NCBI GenBank assembly: GCA_937930175.1
Contig: CALGLP010000010.1
Location: forward strand, 49,347 to 113,346
Reading direction: 5' to 3'
From: an uncultured bacterium
GTDB taxonomy: Bacteria; Omnitrophota; Gorgyraeia; Zapsychrales; Aceulaceae
DNA length: 64,000 bases
Below the pieces are notes generated by a model. It saw nothing but the letters and a program-made list of their open reading frames with translations, was not told the DNA's origin and ran no database searches. A program made the translations under genes and the position numbers. Below, piece after piece: positions 49,497 to 59,900 of this stretch. Each line of letters begins with the position of its first letter. The first letter of the stretch is position 1.

Positions 49497-49880
49497 CTAT
49501 TCTTCCCAACGAACTTCTTTGCCACCCTGCCAAAGATACTCTAGCCCGTAAAACTCCCGATTAGCCTTTTCAAAAACATGAATAACAATATCGCTTGAGT
49601 CGAGAATCACCCATTTTCCTTCGCGGTATCCTTGGATCTGGCCAATCGACAAGCCTGCCTCTTTAAGCCCATCTTGAATCCCATCAGCAATCGCCTTGAC
49701 ATGACGGTCTGAGGTTCCCGAGCAAATAACAAAATAATCGCAGAAGTTCGCCAGCTTGCGGATATCCAAAACAACAATATCCTCAGCTTTCTTATCTAAA
49801 GCGAGCTGCGCAATAACCTTCATAGCCTTTTTTGCGACTTGTTGGGATGGTCTCTTAGGAGAAGCGGGTATCTTTGCCAA
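49497..49880 (-). CDS. rsfS: ribosomal silencing factor RsfS (Iojap)
   Basis: 127 aa; DIVVLDIRKLANFCDYFVICSGTSDRHVKAIAD is typical of RsfS. Confidence 0.85.
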   Translation of the reverse strand: MAKIPASPKRPSQQVAKKAMKVIAQLALDKKAEDIVVLDIRKLANFCDYFVICSGTSDRHVKAIADGIQDGLKEAGLSIGQIQGYREGKWVILDSSDIVIHVFEKANREFYGLEYLWQGGKEVRWEE

Positions 49881-49939
49881 TTTAAATCAGTATCTTTCGC
49901 TGAGAATTTTCGTGGAAAATAATGATCAATAAATCCGGA

Positions 49940-50110
49940 TTACTTCTTCATCTTAGCTGCTTGGTCCTTGGAAAGAACTCTCCAGCATTCGTGGGTTCCT
50001 TTAGGGGATTTGGCAACGGCAAAAAAACGGCCGCTCTTCTCTTTGACCTGATAATCTGAGCTATTAAACTTGCCCTTGGTCTTCACATCGTAGAATGACA
50101 ATTCTTCCAT
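49940..50110 (-). CDS. small hypothetical protein (56 aa), not in the ORF track
   Basis: MEELSFYDVKTKGKFNSSDYQVKEKSGRFFAVAKSPKGTHECWRVLSKDQAAKMKK, with a strong RBS (AAGGAG 6 nt upstream of the ATG). Confidence 0.5.
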   Translation of the reverse strand: MEELSFYDVKTKGKFNSSDYQVKEKSGRFFAVAKSPKGTHECWRVLSKDQAAKMKK

Positions 50111-50222
50111 GTAAAACTCCTTTCGTTAATAATAATGACGTTTAATGGATTAAGTCTATCGAATATTTTCTTCTTTGTCAAATCAAAATCACGAAAATGC
50201 GCGTCCATTTCCGTGTCCAAAA

Positions 50223-51485
50223 TCAAAAAAGCTTCTGCAAAGCATCCTCTTGGTCGTTGGTCAAAGGCCCCACAACCGCTAAATTCATACGGCTTGACTT
50301 AAAAAGCGCTTGTGCAACACGCTTGACATCCGCCACTGAAACATGCTCAACTTTTTTAATTACGTCCTTAAAAGTTTCAACCCTATTGGTCGCAACCACG
50401 GCCTCACCCACCCAAAACATGTGCTCAGCCGTGTCCTCAAGGCTTAAGAGGGTTTGGCCAATAAGATAATCTTTGGCACGGCGCAATTCGTCGCTTGATA
50501 CAGGGCGTTGCGTAATCTTCAGAAGCTCTTTGACGATCACATCCACAGCCTCCACAACCTTCTCATTATGCACGCCGCCGCGGACAATAAAGGCACCCGT
50601 GTCTTTGAAAAGTTTCATGCCAGAGGAAATCGAATACGCCAATCCCCTTTTTTCCCGCACTTCATTAAAGAGCCGGCTCGACATATTGCCGCCCAAAATG
50701 ACATTGAGCACGCCCAGCGCATAACGATCTGGATGTTCACGATGAAAACCTAACGCGCCCAAAGCCAAATGCATCTGCTCAATCGGTTTTCTGTGAAACT
50801 TGACCTTCGGCTTTTGCTGTTCATTACTTGCAGGAAGACAAACAATCTCTTGCTTCGCGGTCAAACGCGCAAACTTCTTCTGCGTTAAGCTAACAAGTGT
50901 TTTGTGCGACAAATCTCCACAAGCCGAGACAACAATATTCGAAGGAACATAAAAAAACCGGTGGAATTGACGCAGGTCTTCATAACTCATCTTTCCAACG
51001 GAATCTAGGGTGCCTGCAATATTTTGCCCCAAGGGATGAGAAGCCCAAAGGAGTTCGTCAAGGAAATCAGCCACCAAATGCTGTGGAAGGTCATTGTACA
51101 TCTTGATTTCTTCTAAGATAACGCCGCGTTCCTTATCCACGTCTTTTTTTGTGATCAACGGCTGCAAAATCATATCCGACAAAATATCAAAGGTCGTTTC
51201 CGCGTGTTTCGAAGGCACCTTGGCAAAATAGCAGGTACATTCCTCCGACGTAAAAGCATTCAAGGCTCCCCCCACGCCTTCGATCTGCTGCTTAATCTCT
51301 TCGCAGGCGTAATTTTTCGTTCCCTTAAAAACAATATGCTCTAAGAAATGCGCAGCGCCTTTGACGCGCAGCGCTTCATAGCGGCCACCCACACCGGCCC
51401 AAACCCCCACCGCCACACTATTACGGTCTTTCATGAGATGGCTGATGATGCGCAAATTATTTTTTAACTGAGATCGTTCATACAT
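50223..51485 (-). CDS. M16 family zinc peptidase (insulinase-like)
   Basis: HFLEHIVFKGT inverted zinc-binding motif (HxxEH), 420 aa. Confidence 0.8.
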   Translation of the reverse strand: MYERSQLKNNLRIISHLMKDRNSVAVGVWAGVGGRYEALRVKGAAHFLEHIVFKGTKNYACEEIKQQIEGVGGALNAFTSEECTCYFAKVPSKHAETTFDILSDMILQPLITKKDVDKERGVILEEIKMYNDLPQHLVADFLDELLWASHPLGQNIAGTLDSVGKMSYEDLRQFHRFFYVPSNIVVSACGDLSHKTLVSLTQKKFARLTAKQEIVCLPASNEQQKPKVKFHRKPIEQMHLALGALGFHREHPDRYALGVLNVILGGNMSSRLFNEVREKRGLAYSISSGMKLFKDTGAFIVRGGVHNEKVVEAVDVIVKELLKITQRPVSSDELRRAKDYLIGQTLLSLEDTAEHMFWVGEAVVATNRVETFKDVIKKVEHVSVADVKRVAQALFKSSRMNLAVVGPLTNDQEDALQKLF

Positions 51486-52269
51486 GATTAGCTAAGCTCC
51501 TAACGAAACGCGCGACCCTTGCGACAAGATCTGGGCGTCTTTGGTTTTTAAGGATTTCTTTGACGATCGCGCTGCCGACGATCACGCCGTCACAGACACG
51601 CGCTAGTTGACGGACCTGCTTTTTATTAGAAATTCCAAATCCCACGCAAAGAGGCTTGGAAACTCTTCTTTTGATCTCTTTTAAGTTCTGGACAAGTTTT
51701 GCCGGAAGCCCTGTTCTGGCTCCGGTCACGCCAGCGATCGAAACATAATAAATAAATCCCCTGGAGGCGTGATCGACCATCGCGATACGGCCGTGGGCTG
51801 TCGTTGGCGATAAAAAGAATATTGTAGCTAGATCTTCCTTGCGCGCGGCCTTGATCAGCGAACCTGCTTCTTGCGGTGGCAAGTCAGGGATAATCAACCC
51901 ATCCACCCCAGCGCGGGCTGCTTGCGCGACAAACGCCTCATCGCCAAAATGAAATACCGGATTGTAATAGGTCATCAGACAAATCGGCATCTGGGTCTTC
52001 TGGCGCAAACGTTTAACAAGCGCAAGAATCTTAACAAGCGTTGTGCCCCTGGCAAGGGATCTCTGGGAAGCTGCTTGAATGGTTGGCCCATCAGCCAAGG
52101 GATCCGAAAATGGGACACCCAGCTCGACCATATCCACGCCCGACTTTTCAAAGGCAAGAACAAGCTTTTCTGTTGTAGCCAAATCAGGATCGCCGGCGGT
52201 GATAAAGGCAATGAAGGCGGCTTTGCCTTCTGCCTTTAGCTGCGCAAATTTTTTATCGATACGACTCAT
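51478..52269 (-). CDS. trpA: tryptophan synthase alpha chain
   Basis: 263-aa TIM barrel with the N-terminus MSRIDKKFAQLKAEGKAAFIAFITAGDPD. Confidence 0.9.
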   Translation of the reverse strand: MSRIDKKFAQLKAEGKAAFIAFITAGDPDLATTEKLVLAFEKSGVDMVELGVPFSDPLADGPTIQAASQRSLARGTTLVKILALVKRLRQKTQMPICLMTYYNPVFHFGDEAFVAQAARAGVDGLIIPDLPPQEAGSLIKAARKEDLATIFFLSPTTAHGRIAMVDHASRGFIYYVSIAGVTGARTGLPAKLVQNLKEIKRRVSKPLCVGFGISNKKQVRQLARVCDGVIVGSAIVKEILKNQRRPDLVARVARFVRSLANHV

Positions 52270-52285
52270 AATTTCACCCTAAATG

Positions 52286-52575
52286 ATTCAATGTCCAAAT
52301 CCCAATGACGAATGAATGACTAAAAGCATAATGAGACAATGAACAATTAATCAGTGGCGAATAAATAGACAATCTCCAATAACCAAATTAAAAATTGTAT
52401 CATTGAATTTCATTTTACATTGGACCTTGATCATTCTATCTTGCACCTTATTATTTGGTGATTGATTCATTGAGATTTCATTTGGCATTGAATAATTGTT
52501 TCATTGGTCCTTCGTTATTCTCATTGGTCATTCGTCATTTTCGTTTCTCATTCGTCATTGCTTCATTGGTCATTT
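52286..52575. repeat. cattgg/caatga-rich short-repeat tract separating trpB from trpA
   Basis: About 290 nt of degenerate units tcattggtc, ttcgtcatt and cattgaat. Homologous stretches occur at about 45925-45975, 54500-54565, 55905-55965 and 56285-56350 (for example tctcattcgtcattgcttcattggtc against tttcattcgacattgcttcattggg). Confidence 0.5.
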
Positions 52576-52576
52576 T

Positions 52577-53755
52577 TTATATGATTTCCTTCATCGCGAT
52601 CATATCCTTATCCCCTCGCCCGGAAAGACACACGATCACCGTCGATGGCTTTGTGACACGCTTGGCAAGCTTGGGTAAATAGGCAATCGCATGTGAGGAC
52701 TCCATGGCAGGGATAATGCCTTCGGTTCTGCACAAAAGCCTCATGCCCTCAACTGCCTCCTTGTCATCGACCGCCACATACTGCGCGCGCTTAATCTTTT
52801 TATAATACGCATGCTCTGGGCCAACGCCAGGATAGTCAAGTCCCGCGGCAATAGAGTGCGCAATCCGCACCTGGCCATCTTGATCTTGCAACAAATCACT
52901 TTTACTGCCGTGCAAAACACCCGGAGTGCCCTTATTTAAAGGCGCGGAATGCTGCAGGGTCAAAAGCCCAAGCCCGGCAGCTTCGACGCCAATCATTTTC
53001 ACTTTTCGATCATCAAAGAACGCATGAAAAAGCCCCATGGCATTGCTCCCCCCGCCCACACAGGCCAAAAGATAATCCGGAAGCCTCTTTTCTTTTTGCA
53101 GAAATTGTTTTTTGGCTTCGCGGCCGATCACGGATTGGAATTCCCGCACCATCAACGGATACGGATGCGGACCGGCCACCGAACCAATGATATAAAAGGT
53201 ATTGGCGACATTGGTGACCCAATCGCGAATGGCTTCGTTCATGGCATCTTTTAACGTCTTAGAACCACTGGTTACCGAGATCACATTGGCGCCTAAAAGT
53301 TTCATGCGATAAACATTGAGCGATTGGCGCTCGATATCCTCGGCTCCCATATAAATATCACATTTTAAACCAAAGAGCGCGGCCACCGTCGCTGTGGCAA
53401 CACCATGTTGGCCTGCCCCGGTTTCCGCGATAACACGCTTTTTGCCCATACGCTTGGCCACCAAAATTTGACCCAAGGTATTATTGATCTTATGTGATCC
53501 GGTATGCAAAAGATCTTCGCGCTTCAAATAAACCTTAAGGCTCTTGAGTTCCTGGCTTAAACGCGAGGCAAAATAGAGATTGGTCGGCCGCCCGGCATAT
53601 TCGCGAAGATAAAACTCAAGCTCTTCCTTAAACTTTTTATCTTTGCGCAAATGAGAAAAAGTTTTTTCAAGCTCGATCAAAAGCGCCATCAGCGTTTCGG
53701 GAACATAGCGCCCGCCAAACTCATCAAAATGTCCAAACTTATCTGGTTTTTTCAT
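52577..53755 (-). CDS. trpB: tryptophan synthase beta chain
   Basis: PLP fold (HTGSHKINN), 392 aa. Confidence 0.9.
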   Translation of the reverse strand: MKKPDKFGHFDEFGGRYVPETLMALLIELEKTFSHLRKDKKFKEELEFYLREYAGRPTNLYFASRLSQELKSLKVYLKREDLLHTGSHKINNTLGQILVAKRMGKKRVIAETGAGQHGVATATVAALFGLKCDIYMGAEDIERQSLNVYRMKLLGANVISVTSGSKTLKDAMNEAIRDWVTNVANTFYIIGSVAGPHPYPLMVREFQSVIGREAKKQFLQKEKRLPDYLLACVGGGSNAMGLFHAFFDDRKVKMIGVEAAGLGLLTLQHSAPLNKGTPGVLHGSKSDLLQDQDGQVRIAHSIAAGLDYPGVGPEHAYYKKIKRAQYVAVDDKEAVEGMRLLCRTEGIIPAMESSHAIAYLPKLAKRVTKPSTVIVCLSGRGDKDMIAMKEII

Positions 53756-54506
53756 ATTTTGTCATGATCATGCTTGTTCCGCCGACCATCGCAGATTTAT
53801 CAATACGCAAAAGAACACGTTCTTGGCTTGTATCAAACCAAAGCCTATATTGGGCCGGCGTTGTCTCCAAAAGAAAAGCATTATACATCCTGTCTGCGAT
53901 CTTGATCTTTGTATTCTTAACGATCTTAACGGAAACATCCTTGGTGGGCAAGTTAAGCTCAAGAGATGACCCAAGCCGAAAACTCCCCATCAACCGATAG
54001 CGATAAATAAAGCAATAAAGATTATCAATTCTTGCCTTCTTCTTCAAGATAATCATTTCTGGCTGCGGCTTGGCCTTGGTCGTCTTTGTCACCGTCACAA
54101 CAAACTTGTCCTGATCATAGACTTCCGTGATCTTCTCAATCGACCCCAGATAGTTGACATCTCGCTCAATGCGCAGAGGATAGAGATCTTTGATATCAGC
54201 ATAAATCTTTTCACGATCATAAAAATTAGCTCCCTTGGCTTCAAAGGTGATGAGATAGGCCTTGCGCCCGTCCAGATCAACCTTTCCTTTAAGTTCGATA
54301 TGCGCATCCGCCATCTTCATCGCCAAACTACGTACGTCATAGCGGACCATCTCACCGATATACTGGTCATAGCTTGCGTCTTGGGCAAAGGCAGGGCTCA
54401 AACTCGAAAGAATGACCAAGGACCAAATCCCAATGCCGAATAAAAAACAACATTGACGAAAAGAAGAAAAATAACTAATAACATGAAAAGTTAGATTTTT
54501 GATCAT
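53739..54506 (-). CDS. secreted DUF3108-like hypothetical protein
   Basis: Signal peptide (...[11 protein letters not shown]) and a beta-rich body; it overlaps the trpB start. Confidence 0.45.
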   Translation of the reverse strand: MIKNLTFHVISYFSSFRQCCFLFGIGIWSLVILSSLSPAFAQDASYDQYIGEMVRYDVRSLAMKMADAHIELKGKVDLDGRKAYLITFEAKGANFYDREKIYADIKDLYPLRIERDVNYLGSIEKITEVYDQDKFVVTVTKTTKAKPQPEMIILKKKARIDNLYCFIYRYRLMGSFRLGSSLELNLPTKDVSVKIVKNTKIKIADRMYNAFLLETTPAQYRLWFDTSQERVLLRIDKSAMVGGTSMIMTKYEKTR

Positions 54507-54566
54507 TTGAGCTTGATTCTAATTATTTTTTTCATTCGACATTGCTTCATTGGGAATTGTTTCATT

Positions 54567-55697
54567 CTATCTCCACTCTTTCAAAAATCGCTCCAAGACC
54601 TTTACGCCCTTCACCAATTTCTCGACGTGGGCGTATTCATCGGTCGTGTGCGCGGTGGTGCGGCTGCCATAGCCGGTCGCGATCGCGGGAATCTTTTTCT
54701 TTTGAAAAAAGGTGATCACCGTTGCGCCCTCACTGCCCTTGAGAACCGATGGACAGCGCAACTTCTTTGACGCCTCAAGATAGGTCTTGACCAAGGGATG
54801 CTCGGCATCGATTTCATAAGGATACTGCAAATCATCAATGATGATCTTAAATCGCTTTGCGTGTCTTTGCGCCAAACCTTTGATCGTTGCCAAAATCTTT
54901 TTGGGGTCCATGCCTGGCACATAGCGAAGATCAAAAGAAAATTCACAGAAATCCGCCACCATGTTGACCTTATCTCCACCTTTGATCGTGCCGATATTAA
55001 CCGTAGGCCCTCTTAACAGGCCATGTTTTTTGTAAGAAAAGGAGTGCGCCTTGATATCCGCAATAATTCTTGTCGCAAGCTCAATAGCATTCACACCATA
55101 CCAGTTGTACGCGCCGTGAGCCTTCTTGCCAAAAACTTGGATCCGCGCGTGGATAAGCCCCTTTTGCGCAATGATTGTTGAAAATTCATCCGAGTCCAAG
55201 ATCAATGCTGCCCGAGGCTTTAAATATCCTTTTTCCAGTAATGGGATGATCCCCTGCTTGCTTCCGGTTTCCTCGTCAACCGTCGCGGCTAAGATAACAT
55301 CATGCGCCAACCTCACCTTGTCCTCAACCAAACTGCGCATCGCTTCCATGGCACAGGCCAGATTTCCTTTATCATCCGTAGCGCCCCGGCCATAAATGCG
55401 GCCGTTCTTGATCACTCCGCCAAAAGGATCCATCGACCATCCCGTGCCCACAGGAACGGTATCAAAATGAGGCGTGATCAAAATGGCATTCTTGGCAGCG
55501 GTCTTTGATGTGCCTTTAAGCGTAGCGATGATGTTAGGACGATTCTTCGCGAAGGCAACAACCTTGACCTCAAGGTCAAGCGAACGCATGTCGCGCGCAA
55601 TAAAACGCGATAAAGCCAGTTCATTGCCCGGAGGATTTTCGGAATTAAACCGAATGACCTTCTGCGTGAGTTTGATAAGACGAGATTTGTTAATCAT
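54567..55697 (-). CDS. M20 family metallopeptidase (ArgE/DapE-like deacylase)
   Basis: 376 aa with the M20 metal-binding motifs (ITPHFDTVP, GATDDKG). Confidence 0.8.
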   Translation of the reverse strand: MINKSRLIKLTQKVIRFNSENPPGNELALSRFIARDMRSLDLEVKVVAFAKNRPNIIATLKGTSKTAAKNAILITPHFDTVPVGTGWSMDPFGGVIKNGRIYGRGATDDKGNLACAMEAMRSLVEDKVRLAHDVILAATVDEETGSKQGIIPLLEKGYLKPRAALILDSDEFSTIIAQKGLIHARIQVFGKKAHGAYNWYGVNAIELATRIIADIKAHSFSYKKHGLLRGPTVNIGTIKGGDKVNMVADFCEFSFDLRYVPGMDPKKILATIKGLAQRHAKRFKIIIDDLQYPYEIDAEHPLVKTYLEASKKLRCPSVLKGSEGATVITFFQKKKIPAIATGYGSRTTAHTTDEYAHVEKLVKGVKVLERFLKEWR

Positions 55698-55704
55698 AGT
55701 AGTT

Positions 55705-55920
55705 AAAATGGAGCCCCGCGACTAAAGTCGTGGTACCTTTCCGTATGTGATCCTTCTTCGCTCCAAAACTTTCATTTGGGAGCTTCGCAGGATTCATCCG
55801 CCTTTCTAAGAAAAGGGCGAACATCCGCCGAAGCGGCAATGCTGATACCATTTTCGCATTCCTCACGGGTAAACCCGTGGCATCCTGCGTAGGCGGATGA
55901 AACAATGAGCAATGACTCAA
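55705..55920 (+). repeat. intergenic repeat element, short variant R2 (related to 8690..8910 and to the long elements)
   Basis: It starts 14 nt upstream of the M20 start with gagccccgcgactaaagtcgtggtaccttt (compare gaagccccacggactaaaacccacggtaccttt at 8701). It continues with tccttcttcgctccaaaac, ggagcttcgcaggattcatccgcc and gcctttctaag, the same motif order as in the long elements. Confidence 0.4.
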
Positions 55921-55965
55921 TGCCGAATGAATAACCAAGGTCAATGTCCCAATGAGGATTAATTA

Positions 55966-56361
55966 TTATTTCTTCCGCCTATTAATAATGGCTGAGAAAA
56001 TGAGATTCAATTCCTGAGCCTCAATTGAAAGTAAATGTGTATCATTTTTTAAAGATGGAACAGCCGTCACAATCATTAATAATCAATGTTTTGCCTCTTG
56101 CGCTTCTCTTCTGCAAATTCCGATCTTATAGAAAAAATCCTTCTTTGTTGAAGCATCGTCCGCTTCGCAATAATTGGCTCCGACGCTCGTTCCGGCTCTG
56201 ACCAACTGACTTATCAACGGCCGAGTAATACTATTTTCAGGCACTATTTTTGCAAAATTTATTATATCTTTCCCAAATTTTGCTGTTCGATCTCGCAAAT
56301 CGTATTTTTTTATTGGTCCTTGGGTCATTGAAATTTCATTTTGCATTGAATCATTGGTCAT
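55966..56361 (-). pseudogene. four-helix-bundle protein (TIGR02436-like) gene interrupted by an in-frame TGA
   Basis: ORF 56083..56427 encodes ...LISQLVRAGTSVGANYCEADDASTKKDFFYKIGICRREAQEAKH and stops at TGA (56083-85), where homologs have Trp (..ET.YWLRLL). The same frame continues LLMIVTAVPSLKNDTHLLSIEAQELNLIFSAIINRRKK to a TAA at 55966-68, matching the family's C-terminal helix. Confidence 0.5.
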
Positions 56362-56368
56362 TGGTTTT

Positions 56369-56674
56369 TTAATCTTTAAACAAGTCCTCCGCCTTGAGCG
56401 CCCCGGTCGCATGCTTAAAATCATCATGATCGATCACGCACATCGTCGGGCATTGCTCAATGATCCTTAACACCTTGGGCATATTGCCTTTGAGGCTGCG
56501 AAACGTCACATACTTAAAGGGTGTTTTGCATTCCGGGCAGGCCGTGGCGTCAAGCTTAAGGCCCATAGCATTACACTTGGAGCAATTCGCGGTCAAGTCC
56601 CCGCAGACCAAGGCATGGTGCTTGACCTCATCAATATAAAACTTTTTATAGATACGTAATAATTTATCGCTCAT
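56369..56674 (-). CDS. small Cys-rich (zinc-ribbon-like) hypothetical protein
   Basis: 101 aa with CGDLTANCSKC...CPEC...CPTMC. Confidence 0.45.
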   Translation of the reverse strand: MSDKLLRIYKKFYIDEVKHHALVCGDLTANCSKCNAMGLKLDATACPECKTPFKYVTFRSLKGNMPKVLRIIEQCPTMCVIDHDDFKHATGALKAEDLFKD

Positions 56675-56857
56675 AAAATCTTTTCCTTAAAATCGTTTCT
56701 ATAGAAAAAAACCTTACATCAGCTACCTTCATTTTAGAAACTCATAAAGCCGATGCAATACACTTCCCTTTTATCTTCACGCTTAAAAGTCAATAATTGA
56801 GAAATTATAACATAAAAACTTTCAAGTTGTAAGTTGTAAGTTAAAAGTTATAAGTAC

Positions 56858-56895
56858 AAAGGGCTTTGCCGGATCATCCGGCAAAGCCCTTTTCA
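56858..56895 (-). terminator. strong GC-rich hairpin downstream of giant gene 2 (bidirectional terminator-like)
   Basis: aaagggctttgccgga-tca-tccggcaaagcccttt has a perfect 15-16-bp stem and is flanked by T/A runs on both strands. Confidence 0.5.
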
Positions 56896-56953
56896 TCTCC
56901 CTGACATCTACATCCTTCTACGCTCTACTCTCTATCCTCTACCTTCTATCTTC

Positions 56954-59900
56954 TTAATTCAAAAAACTCACCTGCGCATACGCTTCTGCGGGTTCTGCCG
57001 GGTCAGTCGGACGGCCGATCAGCTCAGGGGAATCAGCACCTTTGACTTTGTTGGTAGGCACCTTCTTGTCCAAGCCTGAGAGCTGTAACAGGCTCGGAAC
57101 CATAAAGACTCCATTGATCTCAAAGGTAAAGCCCTTAATATTCATCAATTCTAGCGGCTGCTCAAACATCGGCAGCGGGATCCCGTTGCCGTCGCGACGG
57201 ATCTGCATATCCAAGCCCTCTGAGCTCATGATGATACCGCCGGGGTTGCTATAATTCTCATCCACCGGCTCGCCATTTTCAAAATCCCAAGACGGATTCT
57301 CAAGGGCAACCCGATGACCTTGCGGAAGCTCTGGTGTTTCTGGGTGCAAGATCTGATTCTTCGCCCTATCATCATTAAGATCCGGTCTATAGCCAACTAC
57401 ATGCTTTTCTTTTTGATTGATCCCCGAGCTTGTGCGAATAGCCTCCAAAGGATGGTCTTTGATATAAGCCTCAACAAATGACCAGACCTCGTTCTTATTG
57501 GCTCCCTCGAAATGCCCCACCTCAACTTCCAAGTACGGAGCCTCAGGATTAAAAAGAAGCTGGATCTCTCCTCTTGATTTGGCGCCTCGCAGGTCCAAAT
57601 AAACAGCCTTGACTTTGCCGATCATATTTTCCGCGCCAAAGGTGCGGATCTGCCCGATCGCATATGTCACGAGATTGTCATTCTCATCAGACACAAAGAC
57701 CGAGGGATGGTCCGGATCAAATAATTGATATCCGCGCTCTTCCTCAAGATACCTGATCAACCCATCAACATAATTCTGCAGATCATAGCCCGCAATCACA
57801 AGCCCGGACAAGCTCTCGTTGGCACCGCTAAGAGTAAGGTCTCCCTGGCTCTTTTTCAAGTAAGCTGCTCTAAGCTGTTCTCCGAATTCCGTTACATGCT
57901 CTTCTGCGGCATCAATAGTAGCTTCCCCTGAAACAATCTTCTCAAACAATTTTGCAACCTGCCCCGGAGCCTGAACATCAGAGAGATAGACAAACTCATA
58001 AGGGCTCATAAATTCTGCATTAATATCAATGAACCCTTCATTTCGTATCAAAACGATCTTTTGATGGCCAAGATCAGTAGTAAACCCTACTTCCAAAACA
58101 TCACCGATGTCAAAAGGCGCACTTCGATCTTTTAAAATACGGTTGTCATTCAGACTTACCGAAAGATCATCGTGTTTTATTTTCATTTGCTGAGCGATCC
58201 AATCTGCCAACTTATACGCATCAATAGCAATTGTCTCTGGAAACTTAACGCTAATGGTTGACGACACGCTACCTTCGATCAAGGATACAATAAAATCGAT
58301 CGGTTCTTCATAGTACTTCCATTTATAGTCTTCATAGGTCCCAGCCATGATGCGATGCCAAAAATATCCATGGTTTGTGAATAGGATAGCGACTTCATTC
58401 TCATACCCTTGAGCTTTGACACCCTTAAACTTTATCCAGATGCTCTTATTTAATTCCTTAGGTTTCGTAAATTCAACTTCCTCAGCCTGAAGATAGGCCT
58501 TAAGCTGGCTTACAAATTGATCCCAATCCATACTGTCCTTGATGTTAACAACCAATTCATCTTGCGACCTGCGCAAAACAATATCCATCCCCAAACCCTC
58601 ATCAGCTTTGTCAAAAACATCCTGCTCTTCCTCCTCTGTCTGCCCCAGGGAATCTTTTCCGGCTGCCGGTAATTTCAATAAGCCTCTCACCCCAGCGGGC
58701 GCGGACAAAAGCTCAAACCCCGAATCTCTAAGACCAATCTGAAGAGTTGCATAAGTGCTGTTCTCTTTAAAATAAGAGGCAAACCGCACAAGAACCAAAT
58801 CTTCCTGGCCCAAGACGCCCCCCTGCTGGAAAAACTCTTCGAGACTGACAGCCTCACCCCCTTGGCCTTTCTTGACCCTCCAGAATTCAAACGGGTCGAT
58901 CAAATATTCTGAAAATTCTTTTTCACTGATACCCAAATGACTATAAATAAACTCGTAGATTTTCCTTAGTAGCTGTCTCTGCTCTTTTCCCGGAGCGATT
59001 CTTTCAGGACTTGCATCGATCGCGGTCAATTTCCAGAACAAATGGCCAGAATCAATCCCATCGAAGTATGACTGAGAAGCCTCATCACCCTCTTGATCAA
59101 CTGTTTCAAAAATAAAGGTCAGGCCTTGATCCGTGGAAAGCTCAAAATATCCATCCTCAAGAACATCCTCCTCTAAATCCGGAAACGGAAAAGCTTCTAA
59201 ACGTTCGATAATTCGTTTTCGCGCATCAACAGCGGTGGTTGTTGCAGGGATCAAACCAAGGCGATCATTGATTTCCTTGACCAGAGGCTTTTCTTGATAC
59301 GCCCACTCCTCCCCCAATGCAGTTGCTTTATATTTAAATGAAACAATATCACCATTCTTTTTAACGGCATAAATAAGAACAGGATTCTGCTCATTTAACA
59401 TTTCATTCTTCCAATCTGGAAAAGGAATAATACGGCCATACGGCGTCGCGAATTCTCCAAATATCCGCTGCGGCGGCACCCCGTATTGCTTCAATAAATA
59501 TGTAACAACCTTTTGGGGATCCGTAAAAAGGGCAGAGGAAACCACTTCTTGAGGATTCTTCCCCTCAAACACCTTGACCACCAAGGCTAAGGTTTCAGGG
59601 TCTGAAAAATAATCATAGCGGTTCTCAGTTTTATTCCAGATCCTTTTGCTTGCGCGGAATATCAGCGCTTGGCTACCTTGATTCGCAGGAGCCTGCTGTT
59701 CGATCGTGACTTTTCTCAACTCCGGATGAAGCCTTCCTTTTTCATAACTTAAAGCTAAAACTTGCCAGCCCCCCAGACCCTTCTTTTGTATTTCTTTAAA
59801 CTTAAGACTACCCCTAAAGATAACTTGCCCATCAATATCAAACGAACTAAGCTTATTACCGCTTAGCAATCCAAACCATGAAGCAAATTTCAAAGCATTA

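Noticed and set aside
56083-56085. Alternative genetic code (TGA = Trp) suggested by TGA at a conserved Trp codon
   Set aside because: Numerous conserved genes in the window terminate with TGA at the expected positions, including overlapping ATGA stop and start junctions (fabF/fabG). Giant ORFs are uninterrupted under the standard code. A single nonsense mutation, an error or read-through is more likely.
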